DNA of 64,000 bases from an uncultured bacterium (GCA_963819815.1 CAWFXL010000001.1:1248001-1312000), one strand, 5' to 3'. Positions 28,823 to 39,313 are shown, counted from the first letter of the stretch. Translations and numbers: made by a program. Notes: a model not told the origin generated them from the letters alone.

Positions 28823-29416
28823 ATGAATACTAACATATGCGCATTGTTTTTAAGTATAGCAGTTGCTTCTTCGACATACTCGATGAATGACTTGAAAACG
28901 ATGCCTGTTCCACCAACGAGCACTCATCCAGCTGAACAATCCAATTTTACACTGGAGAACGAAGTAAGACAATTATTCTGCCAACATGCGGCGCTTGAAG
29001 AGTTGGCGAAGCCAAAGATGAGAGAGCTTTATAAAGCATGTCTGCAGCAAATTATCGAGAACCCTGCAATGGTTCATCAAGATATGCCCGACGCAATCAA
29101 GAAGTTTCCTCTTTATGTCGCCATTCTTCGCCTAGCTCAAGAACATGTAAGCTGGGCTATGATCAGGGCTTTTGGTCTTGAAAGAGAGAAGAATGAGTTG
29201 AGGCAAAAAGAAGCGGATCCTAGTGTAGAACGCAGTGTTGTAAGGGAACTAGAAAATGCTTACCAGGCCAAGTTCTCACAAAAATTGGAAGAGTTTCCTG
29301 AAGATGCAAAGAGTGAACTCGCTATTAGAGCTAGTACTGAAGCTGCGAAGAAGATGCTCGACTTTCTTGTGTCTATGCCTCCTCTAACGTTGGTACGAGT
29401 TCCTAGCTCTAACTAA
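28823..29416 (+). CDS. Secreted hypothetical protein, tandem paralog B
   Basis: Same length (197 aa); upstream TTGACA-containing region also duplicated. Confidence 0.85.
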   Translation: MNTNICALFLSIAVASSTYSMNDLKTMPVPPTSTHPAEQSNFTLENEVRQLFCQHAALEELAKPKMRELYKACLQQIIENPAMVHQDMPDAIKKFPLYVAILRLAQEHVSWAMIRAFGLEREKNELRQKEADPSVERSVVRELENAYQAKFSQKLEEFPEDAKSELAIRASTEAAKKMLDFLVSMPPLTLVRVPSSN

Positions 29417-29687
29417 TGTAGAATTGCAGAGACATTTTAGAGTTTTGATCTAACTTATTTGATAAAGAAGAACAGAGAGGGGGTCCACCAAACCTCCTCT
29501 TTGATCTACTCTATAACGGAGTGATACAAAGGGCCGGCCCCCCTAGTCTGTATCTTGCTGTGTATAAGGTGATAAGAGCCTTTTTTAGACAATTTCTTGA
29601 CGATATAGTTGGTACTGTGCAGGCCTTATCTTGCCAAAATTTACTCTGAAAAATCAGCATGTGGCGCACTATTTGACTGTGATTTTT

Positions 29688-31217
29688 TCAGCATGGTTGC
29701 CCGGAGAAAAATTCAGTATACCCTGGATCTTGGTCACTCGGGATACGTATACTTGCGATAACTTGTGCTCTATCAGATAGTCCAGGCTCTGGAGTTCCCG
29801 ACCGTTTAAGTGAAACTAAAGGCGAATCTGAGGTAAGCTGAGAGCTTCTTTGGATTTTCCCAAGACTCATATGGGGCGGTTCTTCAGATGGATAGGTTCT
29901 TTTTGTTCCTTTAGGAAGGATAGCAATTACCGAATTATAGACCTCATCTATGAAACTATCATAGCCAGCTGGCTCTTCATACACAACAGTGACATATTTG
30001 CCGAAGATTTTAAGCTTATCCCATCTAAAAGGATGATCTTGAGAAAGGCTTGCTAATTTCGCCGTAACCATATCCAGACCGTTATGCTCAATCGCTTTTA
30101 AAGCAGTGCAAGCTTTCTGTTCATAACTTCGCTGATCACCACTTCCAAGAGGTATAGATACATAGGCAAGCGAAATATGCATATCCTTTTGGTCAACTAC
30201 CGAATCTAATGTTTCAGGTATCGATTGTGATATGGTATTCTGCAGAAGGGTATCGGCTAAGGCGCGTTGGGCTGCTCGATATGATGCTTTAGGCACGAGC
30301 TTAAGCACTACATGACCATAGACTATTCCGCCCTGATCCTTCAGAAACTGTATAATTTTTGGATGATCCTTCTTTTGTACCTTAGCTTGAATAGCTGAGG
30401 CTAGTGGTGTTATCATTTTTCGATCAGTTTTATTAATATCTGCTCCATTTCTTACGAGTAAATCAACCATCTCATAAAAACCGTCGCGCGCTGCAAATGA
30501 TAAAGGGGTGTTGCCATGAACATCAGCCTTATCGACATCGCAGCCTTTCTTGATGAGTAGTCTCATTAGGTAAGGGTAATCTGTACGTACTGCTTTGAGT
30601 AAGAGGCTGCTTCCAAACGTATCAAGTGCTCCAATCAACTCAGGGTGAGCAGCAAGAAGGGTTGCCACTGAACCAACATCTTGCCCCTCAATTGCTTTTA
30701 TAATGTTATTATACGGGGTCTTAAGCTGACCAAGATCTTTATACTCGATGAAGCGTATTTGCTGCGCACTGCTTGAGCTGCTCGTTGCTGATTGAGCCAC
30801 AGGAGCTTTTACTGGTGCTTGCCCTAACAGGAGGTTCACCATCTCCTCATTATTGCTACCTAACGCAAGAGACAAGGGTGTTTCATCCTTACTATTTTCC
30901 TGATCCGGATCTGCACCAAGCCCGATTAAAGTTTGAGCAACTTTTCTAATGTTCTTACTGACTGCATAGTGAAGAAGCGTATTATTACCAGAATCCATAA
31001 GACGAATCAGCTGTTTATGTGCAGCCAAGATCGGCTCTACAGCACTATTCTTCTGCGCAGGCGTAAGAGAGGCGTCATTCAATATTTCTCTAATCTTATT
31101 AAAACTATCTTTTGTAGGCCTTTGCGCAGACGACCAGGCTTGCATCGCCAGACTTTGCCCCACAAAGCTCCCCGTTGCTAAAACTGTAACAAGCAGGACC
31201 TTCAATTTCCATTTCAT
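29688..31217 (-). CDS. Secreted ankyrin-repeat protein with C-terminal 2H phosphoesterase-like domain
   Basis: Signal peptide; ankyrins (NTLLHYAV, TPLSLAL, GNTPLSFAA, TPLASAI); HISL and HMSL motifs about 100 aa apart. Confidence 0.85.
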   Translation of the reverse strand: MKWKLKVLLVTVLATGSFVGQSLAMQAWSSAQRPTKDSFNKIREILNDASLTPAQKNSAVEPILAAHKQLIRLMDSGNNTLLHYAVSKNIRKVAQTLIGLGADPDQENSKDETPLSLALGSNNEEMVNLLLGQAPVKAPVAQSATSSSSSAQQIRFIEYKDLGQLKTPYNNIIKAIEGQDVGSVATLLAAHPELIGALDTFGSSLLLKAVRTDYPYLMRLLIKKGCDVDKADVHGNTPLSFAARDGFYEMVDLLVRNGADINKTDRKMITPLASAIQAKVQKKDHPKIIQFLKDQGGIVYGHVVLKLVPKASYRAAQRALADTLLQNTISQSIPETLDSVVDQKDMHISLAYVSIPLGSGDQRSYEQKACTALKAIEHNGLDMVTAKLASLSQDHPFRWDKLKIFGKYVTVVYEEPAGYDSFIDEVYNSVIAILPKGTKRTYPSEEPPHMSLGKIQRSSQLTSDSPLVSLKRSGTPEPGLSDRAQVIASIRIPSDQDPGYTEFFSGQPC

Positions 31218-31668
31218 ACAACAACTCCTCTATATTTAATTATGTCAGCCATTATAATTATTATATAAAAATATGTTTCTATTTGTCAATGGATGCGGTG
31301 AGTTTCAGCCCCTCAGCTACATGCTTGTTGGGCGAAAAAGCAATTTAGGGGGAAGAGCTTGCGGGATTAGGGATGCATGAGCTTCTATTCACCTGCGTGA
31401 GATCCGGCATGAGGAATCTTCCCTCACTAAATCCTTGTTTTTAGGCTACCCGCTGCTCCTTGTGGTGTCTCTCCTGCAGGGAATTCCAGAGACAACACTT
31501 ACATCGTAACCGGTTACCGTTCAAACTCGTCGGAGTGACTAGATGCTTCTTTCTGCTACTGTGCAAGGAAGGAATTTCCTTTTCTAAGAAGTATGCTATA
31601 CTTTCCTCATAGACGAGCCAGATGCAGTTTTCTATGTTTTGCATCGTAGGATGTAACTGAATATCTTC

Positions 31669-32970
31669 ATGAAAAAAACTCTGTACACCTTCCTTTTTTT
31701 CGGTCTGATGATTGTTTCGCTTGATGGGCGCCATCCTTTTCGTCGTGACGCACGGACTACGTCAGGTCAAATTGAGGGACATGTGAAGCGTCCTGGAGAA
31801 CGAAAAGGGTACGCACGTCCACTAAATTCTCAAAAAAAGAATATCCTTATATTCTCATGTGCGGGTGGTGGTGGCCATATGTCGGTGGCCAATGGTTTAT
31901 GTACGTACTTAAAAGAGCATGATATAACCGTTTTAGATACTATGAGAACTATCTATGCACCAGTAGATACTCTTGGCACTATGACATTTGGTAAAGTTGA
32001 TGGTGAAGATCTCTATAATTTCTTTATTAGATGTGGATGGACGAATCTTATCGGGCAGTATTCACAAGGTGGTAAGAAGTATCTCACGTGGCGCCATGGA
32101 GCTCTGGTAAAATTAACGATGGATTTTTTTAGGGATGCAAAGCCGGATTTGATTATCTCGGTGATGCCTTTTGTAAATGGAGCTCTTTTAGAAGCTTGCG
32201 AAAAACTCGATATTCCCTTTCTAGTTCTCACCAACGATCTTGATACGACTAATTATTTGACCGGAGTTCATCCACCCTATTTTAAAAAGTTCCGCTATAC
32301 GCTTGCATTTGATGATCCAGGTCTCTGGGGGAAAATTTCCGAGGCTCAGATACCCAAAGAGCGGGTTATTATCACCGGCTTTCCCCTGCGTCCTGAATTT
32401 TATACCCCCAAAAACATCGCAGCATTGAAGGATAAGTTCGAGATACCGTCTAAAAAGCCAGTGGTCATGGTTTTTATGGGAGGTGCAGGCTCCCAATCAA
32501 GTTATCGCTATGTCAGACAACTTGCACGACTCGGTATGCCTATGCATATCATTGTATGTTTAGGTCGAAATGAACGACTGAAACGAAATATTAATAAGAT
32601 CTTCCTCCCCGAAGGAATTACGATATCAGTTTTTGGGTATACCAACCAAATTGCTGATCTAATGGCCATATCTGATGTATTAATCACGAAACCCGGTCCC
32701 AATTCGGTGTGTGAAGCGTTGATGTTACGAGTTCCCATGATTCTTGATAAGACTCAAGGGACGATCTTTTGGGAACAGCTCAATATTGATTTTATGGTTA
32801 AACATGGGTTTGCGGAACCTTTAGATGATTATGATTGTCTCAAGGACATACTTCCCAAATACTTTAAGGATAGTGAGTATACCGACACTATAAAAAAAAG
32901 GATGGCGGCTTTTTCATGCGAAAGATATGATCAGACTATCGTAAGGGTTGTGAAAAATATGCTTTCATAG
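31669..32970 (+). CDS. MGDG synthase/UgtP-like GT28 glycosyltransferase
   Basis: GGGGH, TGFPLRPEF, MGGAG, LMAISDVLITKPG, EQLN. Confidence 0.88.
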   Translation: MKKTLYTFLFFGLMIVSLDGRHPFRRDARTTSGQIEGHVKRPGERKGYARPLNSQKKNILIFSCAGGGGHMSVANGLCTYLKEHDITVLDTMRTIYAPVDTLGTMTFGKVDGEDLYNFFIRCGWTNLIGQYSQGGKKYLTWRHGALVKLTMDFFRDAKPDLIISVMPFVNGALLEACEKLDIPFLVLTNDLDTTNYLTGVHPPYFKKFRYTLAFDDPGLWGKISEAQIPKERVIITGFPLRPEFYTPKNIAALKDKFEIPSKKPVVMVFMGGAGSQSSYRYVRQLARLGMPMHIIVCLGRNERLKRNINKIFLPEGITISVFGYTNQIADLMAISDVLITKPGPNSVCEALMLRVPMILDKTQGTIFWEQLNIDFMVKHGFAEPLDDYDCLKDILPKYFKDSEYTDTIKKRMAAFSCERYDQTIVRVVKNMLS

Positions 32971-33000
32971 TATACTGGTAGTATAAAAGAAAGGAATTTT

Positions 33001-34071
33001 ATGAAAAAAAGTTACACCATTGCCCTTGTTTCCCTCTTCTTGTTACCCATTGGCCTTTGTGCTGAGCCCCGAGTTCTTTTGCTTGATTTGGGGGGTCTAT
33101 TTTATAAATTTTCAGCATTTTCCTATACCCAAGAACTTGGCCTTGGGAACATAATCTCCTATGCAATACGTGATTTTAAGAATCCAAAAGGATTAGAAAA
33201 AATTATTTTTGGGATGCTTCAATCAATCCCTGAAGATGAAATTCGTCAACATTCTGATGATTTTGACCAGACTGTCTGGTATAAAAAATTACTGGCAAAG
33301 GGATCGGCTGAAAAAATAGAAGCCCCACATATAACTCCTACAAGAAGCACATCTGGAAAAGAGCTTCCGTACCTAATTAGTGCGTATCAAGCAGGCCATA
33401 TCTCGGATAAGGCCGCCATGGCTCTCGCCTATAAAAAGCTTGAAGAGCTCAAGGCACAGGGATATGGTCAGGGACACTTCTTGGCGAGTGATCGCGAGGC
33501 ATATCTTGTGGCGGAAGCGATTCGACTCATATTTACTCCAGAGGTTAATGCTGCAATGAATAGTGAGCTTACAGATGGCGTTAAACTTCTTCAGGAGTTA
33601 GCTTCGCAAAATAATGAAGATGGGACCAAGAAGTTTGTTTTGGCTGCCCTTTCAAATGCGGATAAGCGGGCTGCGCGTATTCTCGAAGTGCGCTTTAAAA
33701 AGAGTGTTTTTAGCAAGTTCCAGCATCTTTTTTATTCGGGCGATTTAGGCACCATTAAGCCAAATGATGAGGCATACATGCTTACATTTGAAGAGCTTAA
33801 TAAGTTGCCAGAGTTCAGGGAGCATCCCTTAACCCTTGATGATATCGTATTTATGGACGATCAACCTGAAAATATTATTGCTGCAAAGCGCGTTGGTATT
33901 CAGAATGCAATTCTCTATAAAAACGCTGAACAAGCGCGAGAAGAACTCGTAAAGCTTGGAGTACTAGCTCCAAAAGTTGAGATTCCGAGCTCTATTACCC
34001 TTACAAATTCTTTGGTCGCAGGAGGCGTAGTCCTTAGCGGAGCATATCTTGCGTACCAGTACTGTAGTTAG
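33001..34071 (+). CDS. Exported HAD-family hydrolase with C-terminal membrane anchor
   Basis: Signal peptide; LLDLGG, LSN, KP, FMDD..ENI..AKRVGI; C-terminal TM. Confidence 0.8.
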   Translation: MKKSYTIALVSLFLLPIGLCAEPRVLLLDLGGLFYKFSAFSYTQELGLGNIISYAIRDFKNPKGLEKIIFGMLQSIPEDEIRQHSDDFDQTVWYKKLLAKGSAEKIEAPHITPTRSTSGKELPYLISAYQAGHISDKAAMALAYKKLEELKAQGYGQGHFLASDREAYLVAEAIRLIFTPEVNAAMNSELTDGVKLLQELASQNNEDGTKKFVLAALSNADKRAARILEVRFKKSVFSKFQHLFYSGDLGTIKPNDEAYMLTFEELNKLPEFREHPLTLDDIVFMDDQPENIIAAKRVGIQNAILYKNAEQAREELVKLGVLAPKVEIPSSITLTNSLVAGGVVLSGAYLAYQYCS

Positions 34072-34187
34072 TTAAGCTTCCCTGATTTCTAAGGACTAAG
34101 TCATACTCTTTTCTTTTTGTGAGAGGGGAAAGATAATCTGTTTTTGCTTATGTACTGAGCAAACACATTACTTATCCACCCATGAAC

Positions 34188-35501
34188 TCATACTTCGGTT
34201 AGCTGTAACGCAATGTTTTTTATACGGTCTTTGATGGTCTGATGAATGTGTTCATCCGAAGGGTTCCTAAGGATGATATCTATCGAATCAATAGCATCGT
34301 AGGTCTGCTCTTCAGTTATATTCCTTGCTGCACAGGCAAGAGTACCGAGTCGAATGCCGCTTGTAATGAGCGGCTTTTGAGGGTCAAAGGGTATCGCACT
34401 TCGACTGACTAAAATACCGACTTTTTCTAAGAGTGCTTCGGCTGCTCGTCCTGTGGTATCAAGGTTAGTAAGATCGATAACAAATAGATGGCAATCTGTG
34501 CCTCCAGATACGATACGATATCCACGCTTTTCAAATGCTCGAGTCATGAACTTAGCAAGAGCAATACTTTTCTTCATATACTCAACAAAATCTGCTCTTG
34601 AGGCAAGATGGAAAGCGACTCCTTTAGCCGCAATATTATTCATTGAGGGCCCGCCCTGGGTGCCCGGAAAAACAGCCCTATCGACCCGTTCTTGGTGTAT
34701 TTTTTTGCATAAAATGAAACCTCCACGTGGTCCACGAAGTGTTTTGTGGGTAGTTCCTGTGACAAAGTCTGCGTAAGGAAAAGGGCTTGGAAATATTTCT
34801 GCTGCAATGAGTCCTGCGGTATGAGCAATGTCTACAAGAAGGTACGCATTCACCGATTGAGCTATTTTTTGAAACTTCTCAAGGTCTATGAGGCGACTAT
34901 AGGAAGAGCCGCCGGTAATGATGAGTTTTGGTTTGTGAAATTGGGCAAGGTTATTAAGAGCTTCGTAATCGATATACTCGGTTTTAGGATCCACGGTGTA
35001 CGCGATGCTTTTGTAGAACATGCCAGAAAAGCTTACCGGGTGTCCATGAGTTAAATGGCCTCCACAGGATAAGCTCAATCCCATGAGGATATCTCCAGGT
35101 TCTAGTACTGATGAAAGCACTGCCATATTTGCTTGAGAACCTGAATGAGGCTGAACATTTGCATGTTCTCCGCGGAAAAGGGCCTTGCAGCGCTCTACAG
35201 TTAGAGTCTCTACTTCGTCGCTTGCCGAGCATCCTGGGTAGTACCTTTTACCAGGGTACCCTTCAGCGTAGACATTGGTTAATACAGACCCAAGGACTTC
35301 ACGAACTGCATCATAAGCATAATTCTCTGACGCAATGAAGTTTAGGGATTCTCGTTGGGCCTGCACTTCTTCGAAGATATATGATGAGATTTGTGGATCA
35401 AGGGTGTGCAATAAGTTTTTATAATCTTTGCCATCTTTGTTAAGAAAAGGATGGTTATCTAAGAAGTGCAACGTATCATCAGTCATAGAATACCTTTTCA
35501 T
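34188..35501 (-). CDS. glyA: Serine hydroxymethyltransferase
   Basis: IASEN, YAEGYPGKRYY, GGHLTHG, TTHKTLRGPRGG. Confidence 0.97.
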   Translation of the reverse strand: MKRYSMTDDTLHFLDNHPFLNKDGKDYKNLLHTLDPQISSYIFEEVQAQRESLNFIASENYAYDAVREVLGSVLTNVYAEGYPGKRYYPGCSASDEVETLTVERCKALFRGEHANVQPHSGSQANMAVLSSVLEPGDILMGLSLSCGGHLTHGHPVSFSGMFYKSIAYTVDPKTEYIDYEALNNLAQFHKPKLIITGGSSYSRLIDLEKFQKIAQSVNAYLLVDIAHTAGLIAAEIFPSPFPYADFVTGTTHKTLRGPRGGFILCKKIHQERVDRAVFPGTQGGPSMNNIAAKGVAFHLASRADFVEYMKKSIALAKFMTRAFEKRGYRIVSGGTDCHLFVIDLTNLDTTGRAAEALLEKVGILVSRSAIPFDPQKPLITSGIRLGTLACAARNITEEQTYDAIDSIDIILRNPSDEHIHQTIKDRIKNIALQLTEV

Positions 35502-35859
35502 ACCAAGATGCGATTATTTTATTCCAGACTAGGATATTTTGATGCGAAGGAGCTGTCAAGTGAGTAAAAAACCAGTGAGGACAGGCGATTGGCCAAAAAG
35601 GTCAATTGGAGGCGTTCTTGCGCCTTCTAAGCTATGAATGAGCCTTCTATGAAGCCCTTTCTAATCGATAGGCTCATTTTTTGTTTTTTCTTTAAAATGA
35701 AGAACAGATCCTGTTGGGAGCCAAGAAAGCCGCAGGGAGAGAATTGTATAAGAAATGCTAGGCGAGGATAATAACTCTCATACTGGAGATTGATTCTTTT
35801 TTTATATTGATTATACTGAAAAAAAGTTTGAAAATCTTACTTTTAACAAAGGAACGGCC

Positions 35860-36432
35860 GTGGTATTAGCTGGAGATTTGCGTAAGGGAACTAAGATACT
35901 CTTTAGAGGTGAGCCGTATTCGGTTACTGAATATCAGCACGTAAAGCCTGGTAAGGGTGGTGCCTTTATGCGTACCAAAATGAAAAACCTTATCTCTGGC
36001 AATATACATGAAGAAACCTTTCGTTCCGAGGAAAAACTAGAATCTCCCGACTTAGAATTTAAAGATATGCTCTACCTCTATGAGCAGGACGGGCTTTACG
36101 AGTTTCTCGATCAAGAATCGTATGAACAGATAGCATTTAGCAAGGACCAGATAAGTGAGGTCCTTGATTATCTTAAAGAGCAAACAGCCTATAGTGTACT
36201 TTATTTTAATGAGAAACCGATTACGGTGACCCCTCCATTGTTTATGGAACTTGCGGTGAAAGAGACTCCGCCTGGAGTGCGCGGTGATACGGCACAAGGT
36301 GGTGCTACGAAACCTGCAACCTTAGAAACAGGTCTGGTGATACAGGTGCCTCTATTTGTGAATGAAGGTAATATCATTAAAATAGATACCCGCGAGGGTA
36401 AATATATAGAACGGGTCGATGCTAAAAAATAA
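35860..36432 (+). CDS. efp: Elongation factor P
   Basis: HVKPGKGGA, PGVRGDT, KPATLETG. Confidence 0.97.
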   Translation: MVLAGDLRKGTKILFRGEPYSVTEYQHVKPGKGGAFMRTKMKNLISGNIHEETFRSEEKLESPDLEFKDMLYLYEQDGLYEFLDQESYEQIAFSKDQISEVLDYLKEQTAYSVLYFNEKPITVTPPLFMELAVKETPPGVRGDTAQGGATKPATLETGLVIQVPLFVNEGNIIKIDTREGKYIERVDAKK

Positions 36433-36434
36433 TC

Positions 36435-36959
36435 ATGTGCATGAATAGCGATATGCGCGACGAGAGTGGTAGCGAGCAGATGCCAGAGTTTAGCGAGAGT
36501 TATTCAGATCTTCTTTGTTCAGACCTTACCGTCACAGAGCAGCGTTCTTTAATTTTCCAAGTGCTCTATGCAGTTGATGCCTTTGATTATGAAGTTTCCC
36601 TAGAGTCTATAGTTGATAATCTTTCTCGAGGGTTTGGTGTTATTATACCCCAGGATAGTATTGTTTTTAAAACAGCCCTGGCAGTCTCTTCAGACCGTGC
36701 GGTCCTTGATGTGCAGATTACGCCTCTCATAGAAAATTGGCGATTTGACCGACTTGGCATAGCAACAAAGCTTATTCTTCGCTTTGCCGTCTGGGAATTG
36801 CAGCATTCAAGCACTGACGCAGCCGTGATTATAAATGAAGCCGTCGAGCTCGCTAAATGTTTTGCAGAAAAAGATGCCTATAAGTTCATTAATGGAATCC
36901 TTGATGAATTTCTTAAAAGCCGCGGCATTGAAAAAGATTCTCTCTTGACCAAACAATAG
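36435..36959 (+). CDS. nusB: Transcription antitermination factor NusB
   Basis: WRFDRL, INEAVELAK, FINGILD. Confidence 0.93.
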   Translation: MCMNSDMRDESGSEQMPEFSESYSDLLCSDLTVTEQRSLIFQVLYAVDAFDYEVSLESIVDNLSRGFGVIIPQDSIVFKTALAVSSDRAVLDVQITPLIENWRFDRLGIATKLILRFAVWELQHSSTDAAVIINEAVELAKCFAEKDAYKFINGILDEFLKSRGIEKDSLLTKQ

Positions 36960-37013
36960 CTGATTTTTCCATGCCTAATTAAGTGCAAGAACGCTTGAAT
37001 TATGAAGAGAAGA

Positions 37014-37046
37014 CAAATGGGGATAGATAGTATCTATCCCCATTTG
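37014..37046. terminator. Hairpin between convergent nusB and ndk
   Basis: CAAATGGGGATAGATA-G-TATCTATCCCCATTTG perfect inverted repeat. Confidence 0.8.
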
Positions 37047-37049
37047 AGA

Positions 37050-37457
37050 TTACATATTTGGAAAGAAGAAAGGAACTTCAACTCGCGCAGTTTCAGGAGC
37101 ATCAGAACCATGGGTTGTATTGCTTCCTATGGAGATGCCAAACATTTTACGGATGGTTCCTATGGCGGCCGCTGTAGGGTTTGTTGCTCCCATGAGATCG
37201 CGCCAGTCTTTAATAGCATTCTCTTTTTCAAGCACCATAACGATAACCGGTCCTTTGGTCATGCTTTCAACAAGCTCACCGTAGAAGGGTCTCTCTTTAT
37301 GTACAGCATAGAACTTTTCAGCCTCAGTTTTTGAGAGGTGAACTTTTTTCATGCCGGCGATTGAGAACTTATTCAATTCTATAATCGAAATAATCATACC
37401 GCTTTGTCCAAGCGCTACGGCATCCGGTTTAATAATGGCAAGCGTTCTTTCAACCAT
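37050..37457 (-). CDS. ndk: Nucleoside-diphosphate kinase
   Basis: ERTLAIIKPDA, GATNP, GTIR, HGSD. Confidence 0.97.
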   Translation of the reverse strand: MVERTLAIIKPDAVALGQSGMIISIIELNKFSIAGMKKVHLSKTEAEKFYAVHKERPFYGELVESMTKGPVIVMVLEKENAIKDWRDLMGATNPTAAAIGTIRKMFGISIGSNTTHGSDAPETARVEVPFFFPNM

Positions 37458-37483
37458 GAAAGGCTCCTTTGTTATTCAGCACG

Positions 37484-39313
37484 TTATTCATCATCTGAAG
37501 AGCCTTCTTTTGACTCATCTTGTTTTCGTGCAGCATGCTTCTCAAGCTCAAGCTGAAGCTGTGATTTTTGCTTAGGAGCAGCTGGAGCTGCAGCCGTTTC
37601 AGGCTTCTTGCGAGCAATAGTAGGAGCTTTTTCTTTTTTACTCTTTTCTTTAGCAGCTGCTGAAGCAGCAACTTCTTCATCGCTACGCAGACTCAAGCCA
37701 AGCTTATGCTCTTCAGGACTTACTTTGATGACTTTAAAGGTTCTGGATTCTCCAATTTTAAGGATGTCCTCTACCTTCTCTGCATCTCCGCCAAGTTCAG
37801 AAACGTGCACAAGTCCTTCTATGCCAGAAGGAAGTTTTACGAAAGCACCAAAGTTAGTTATTTTACTCACTTCGCCCTCGACAGAAGAACCTACAGGGTA
37901 TTTCTCCACAATGTCTTCCCAAGGATTTGGAGTGAGTTGCTTGATGCCCAAGGAGATCTTCTTACTCTCTTTATTGATGCCGGTAATTACCGCTTCTACA
38001 AGATCACCTTTTTTATAGCGATCTGCAGGATGTTCAATATGCTCAGTCCATGAGAAGTCTGAGATATGCACAAGGCCATCAATCCCTGGAGCTAATTGAA
38101 TAAAGATACCAAACTCAGTTACGTTGCTTACTTTGCCCGTAATCTTCTGTCCGACTTCATATTTTTCGCTGATGGCATCCCAAGGATTTTGTTCAAGCTG
38201 TTTCACGCTTAAGGACATGCGACGATTTTCTTTATCAAGTGACACAATAAGTGCTTCTACTTTGTCACCAACCTTGTAGTATTTATGAAGATCGGTAATA
38301 CGATCAATCCATGATACTTCTGAGATATGGATAAGTCCTTCAACCCCAGGTACTACTTCAACAAAAAGCCCATAATCGGTGATACTTGATATAGTACCTT
38401 TAACTTTTGAGCCTATTTTGATTGACTCATCAATAGCTTCCCATGGATTTTCAGCAAGTTGCTTCATGCCCAATGAGATCTTTTCATGCTCTTTATCAAA
38501 CGAAAGAATCTTAACGGTTACCTTATCGCCAATTTTAACGAGCTCACTAGGGTGTCCGATGCGTCCCCAGGTCATATCGGTAATGTGAAGAAGTCCGTCA
38601 ACGCCTCCAATGTCGATAAATACCCCGTATTTGGTGATATTTTTAACCGTTCCTTGAACGACTGAACCAACATCAAGTGTTTCAAGTACTTTTTTGCGAC
38701 TTTCAGTACGCTCTTCATTCAAATATTTACGACGGGAAATGATCACATTGCCCCGTTTTTGATTAACTTTGATAATATGGGCAACAATGTTTTGGCCAAC
38801 GAACTGATCAAAATCAGCAACACGTTGGGTATCGACTTGTGATCCCGGTAAGAATGCAGGGATACCAATATCAACACTTAAGCCACCCTTAACTTTATGG
38901 GTAACCATACCTTCAACAGGCTTATTTTCATTGTAGAGCTTCATGATAGAGCTCCACGCTTTGAGCGCTTTCGCTTTCTCATAGGAGAGCATGACAGTGC
39001 CTACATGGTTCTCAAGCTCATCGAGCATAACTTCTAGGGTCGAACCGGGCTTTAATGCTTTGAGCTCATGTTGGGTAAATTCATACCCAGGGATAAGGCC
39101 ATCTGATTTGTAGCCGATATTTATAAGAACCCCATCAGAGTCAACCTTCAGGACGGTTCCTGAGATGATTGCTCCTTGGCGGAATGAATCTGCTATGCCT
39201 TCATAGAGGGAAGCAAGGTCTTTTTTTTGTGCCTCATTGAGGGTAAATCCAGTATCCTCAAGAGGTTGTTCTACGGTGCGAAATTGCGACGAGCGCAACA
39301 TCTCTTTTGCCAT
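37484..39313 (-). CDS. rpsA: 30S ribosomal protein S1
   Basis: Six S1 repeats (AFLPGSQ, DGLLHITD, EGLIHISE, DGLVHISD, EGLVHVSE). Confidence 0.97.
   Translation of the reverse strand: MAKEMLRSSQFRTVEQPLEDTGFTLNEAQKKDLASLYEGIADSFRQGAIISGTVLKVDSDGVLINIGYKSDGLIPGYEFTQHELKALKPGSTLEVMLDELENHVGTVMLSYEKAKALKAWSSIMKLYNENKPVEGMVTHKVKGGLSVDIGIPAFLPGSQVDTQRVADFDQFVGQNIVAHIIKVNQKRGNVIISRRKYLNEERTESRKKVLETLDVGSVVQGTVKNITKYGVFIDIGGVDGLLHITDMTWGRIGHPSELVKIGDKVTVKILSFDKEHEKISLGMKQLAENPWEAIDESIKIGSKVKGTISSITDYGLFVEVVPGVEGLIHISEVSWIDRITDLHKYYKVGDKVEALIVSLDKENRRMSLSVKQLEQNPWDAISEKYEVGQKITGKVSNVTEFGIFIQLAPGIDGLVHISDFSWTEHIEHPADRYKKGDLVEAVITGINKESKKISLGIKQLTPNPWEDIVEKYPVGSSVEGEVSKITNFGAFVKLPSGIEGLVHVSELGGDAEKVEDILKIGESRTFKVIKVSPEEHKLGLSLRSDEEVAASAAAKEKSKKEKAPTIARKKPETAAAPAAPKQKSQLQLELEKHAARKQDESKEGSSDDE

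Noticed and set aside
31292..31311. GGGGCTGAAAC on the minus strand resembling a tmRNA 5' end
   Set aside because: No GGATTCGAC continuation and no tRNA-like 3' end
35502..35859. Hairpins between glyA and efp as a possible ZTP, THF or glycine riboswitch
   Set aside because: Stems exist (AATGAGCCT/AGGCTCATT), but no conserved riboswitch core could be matched
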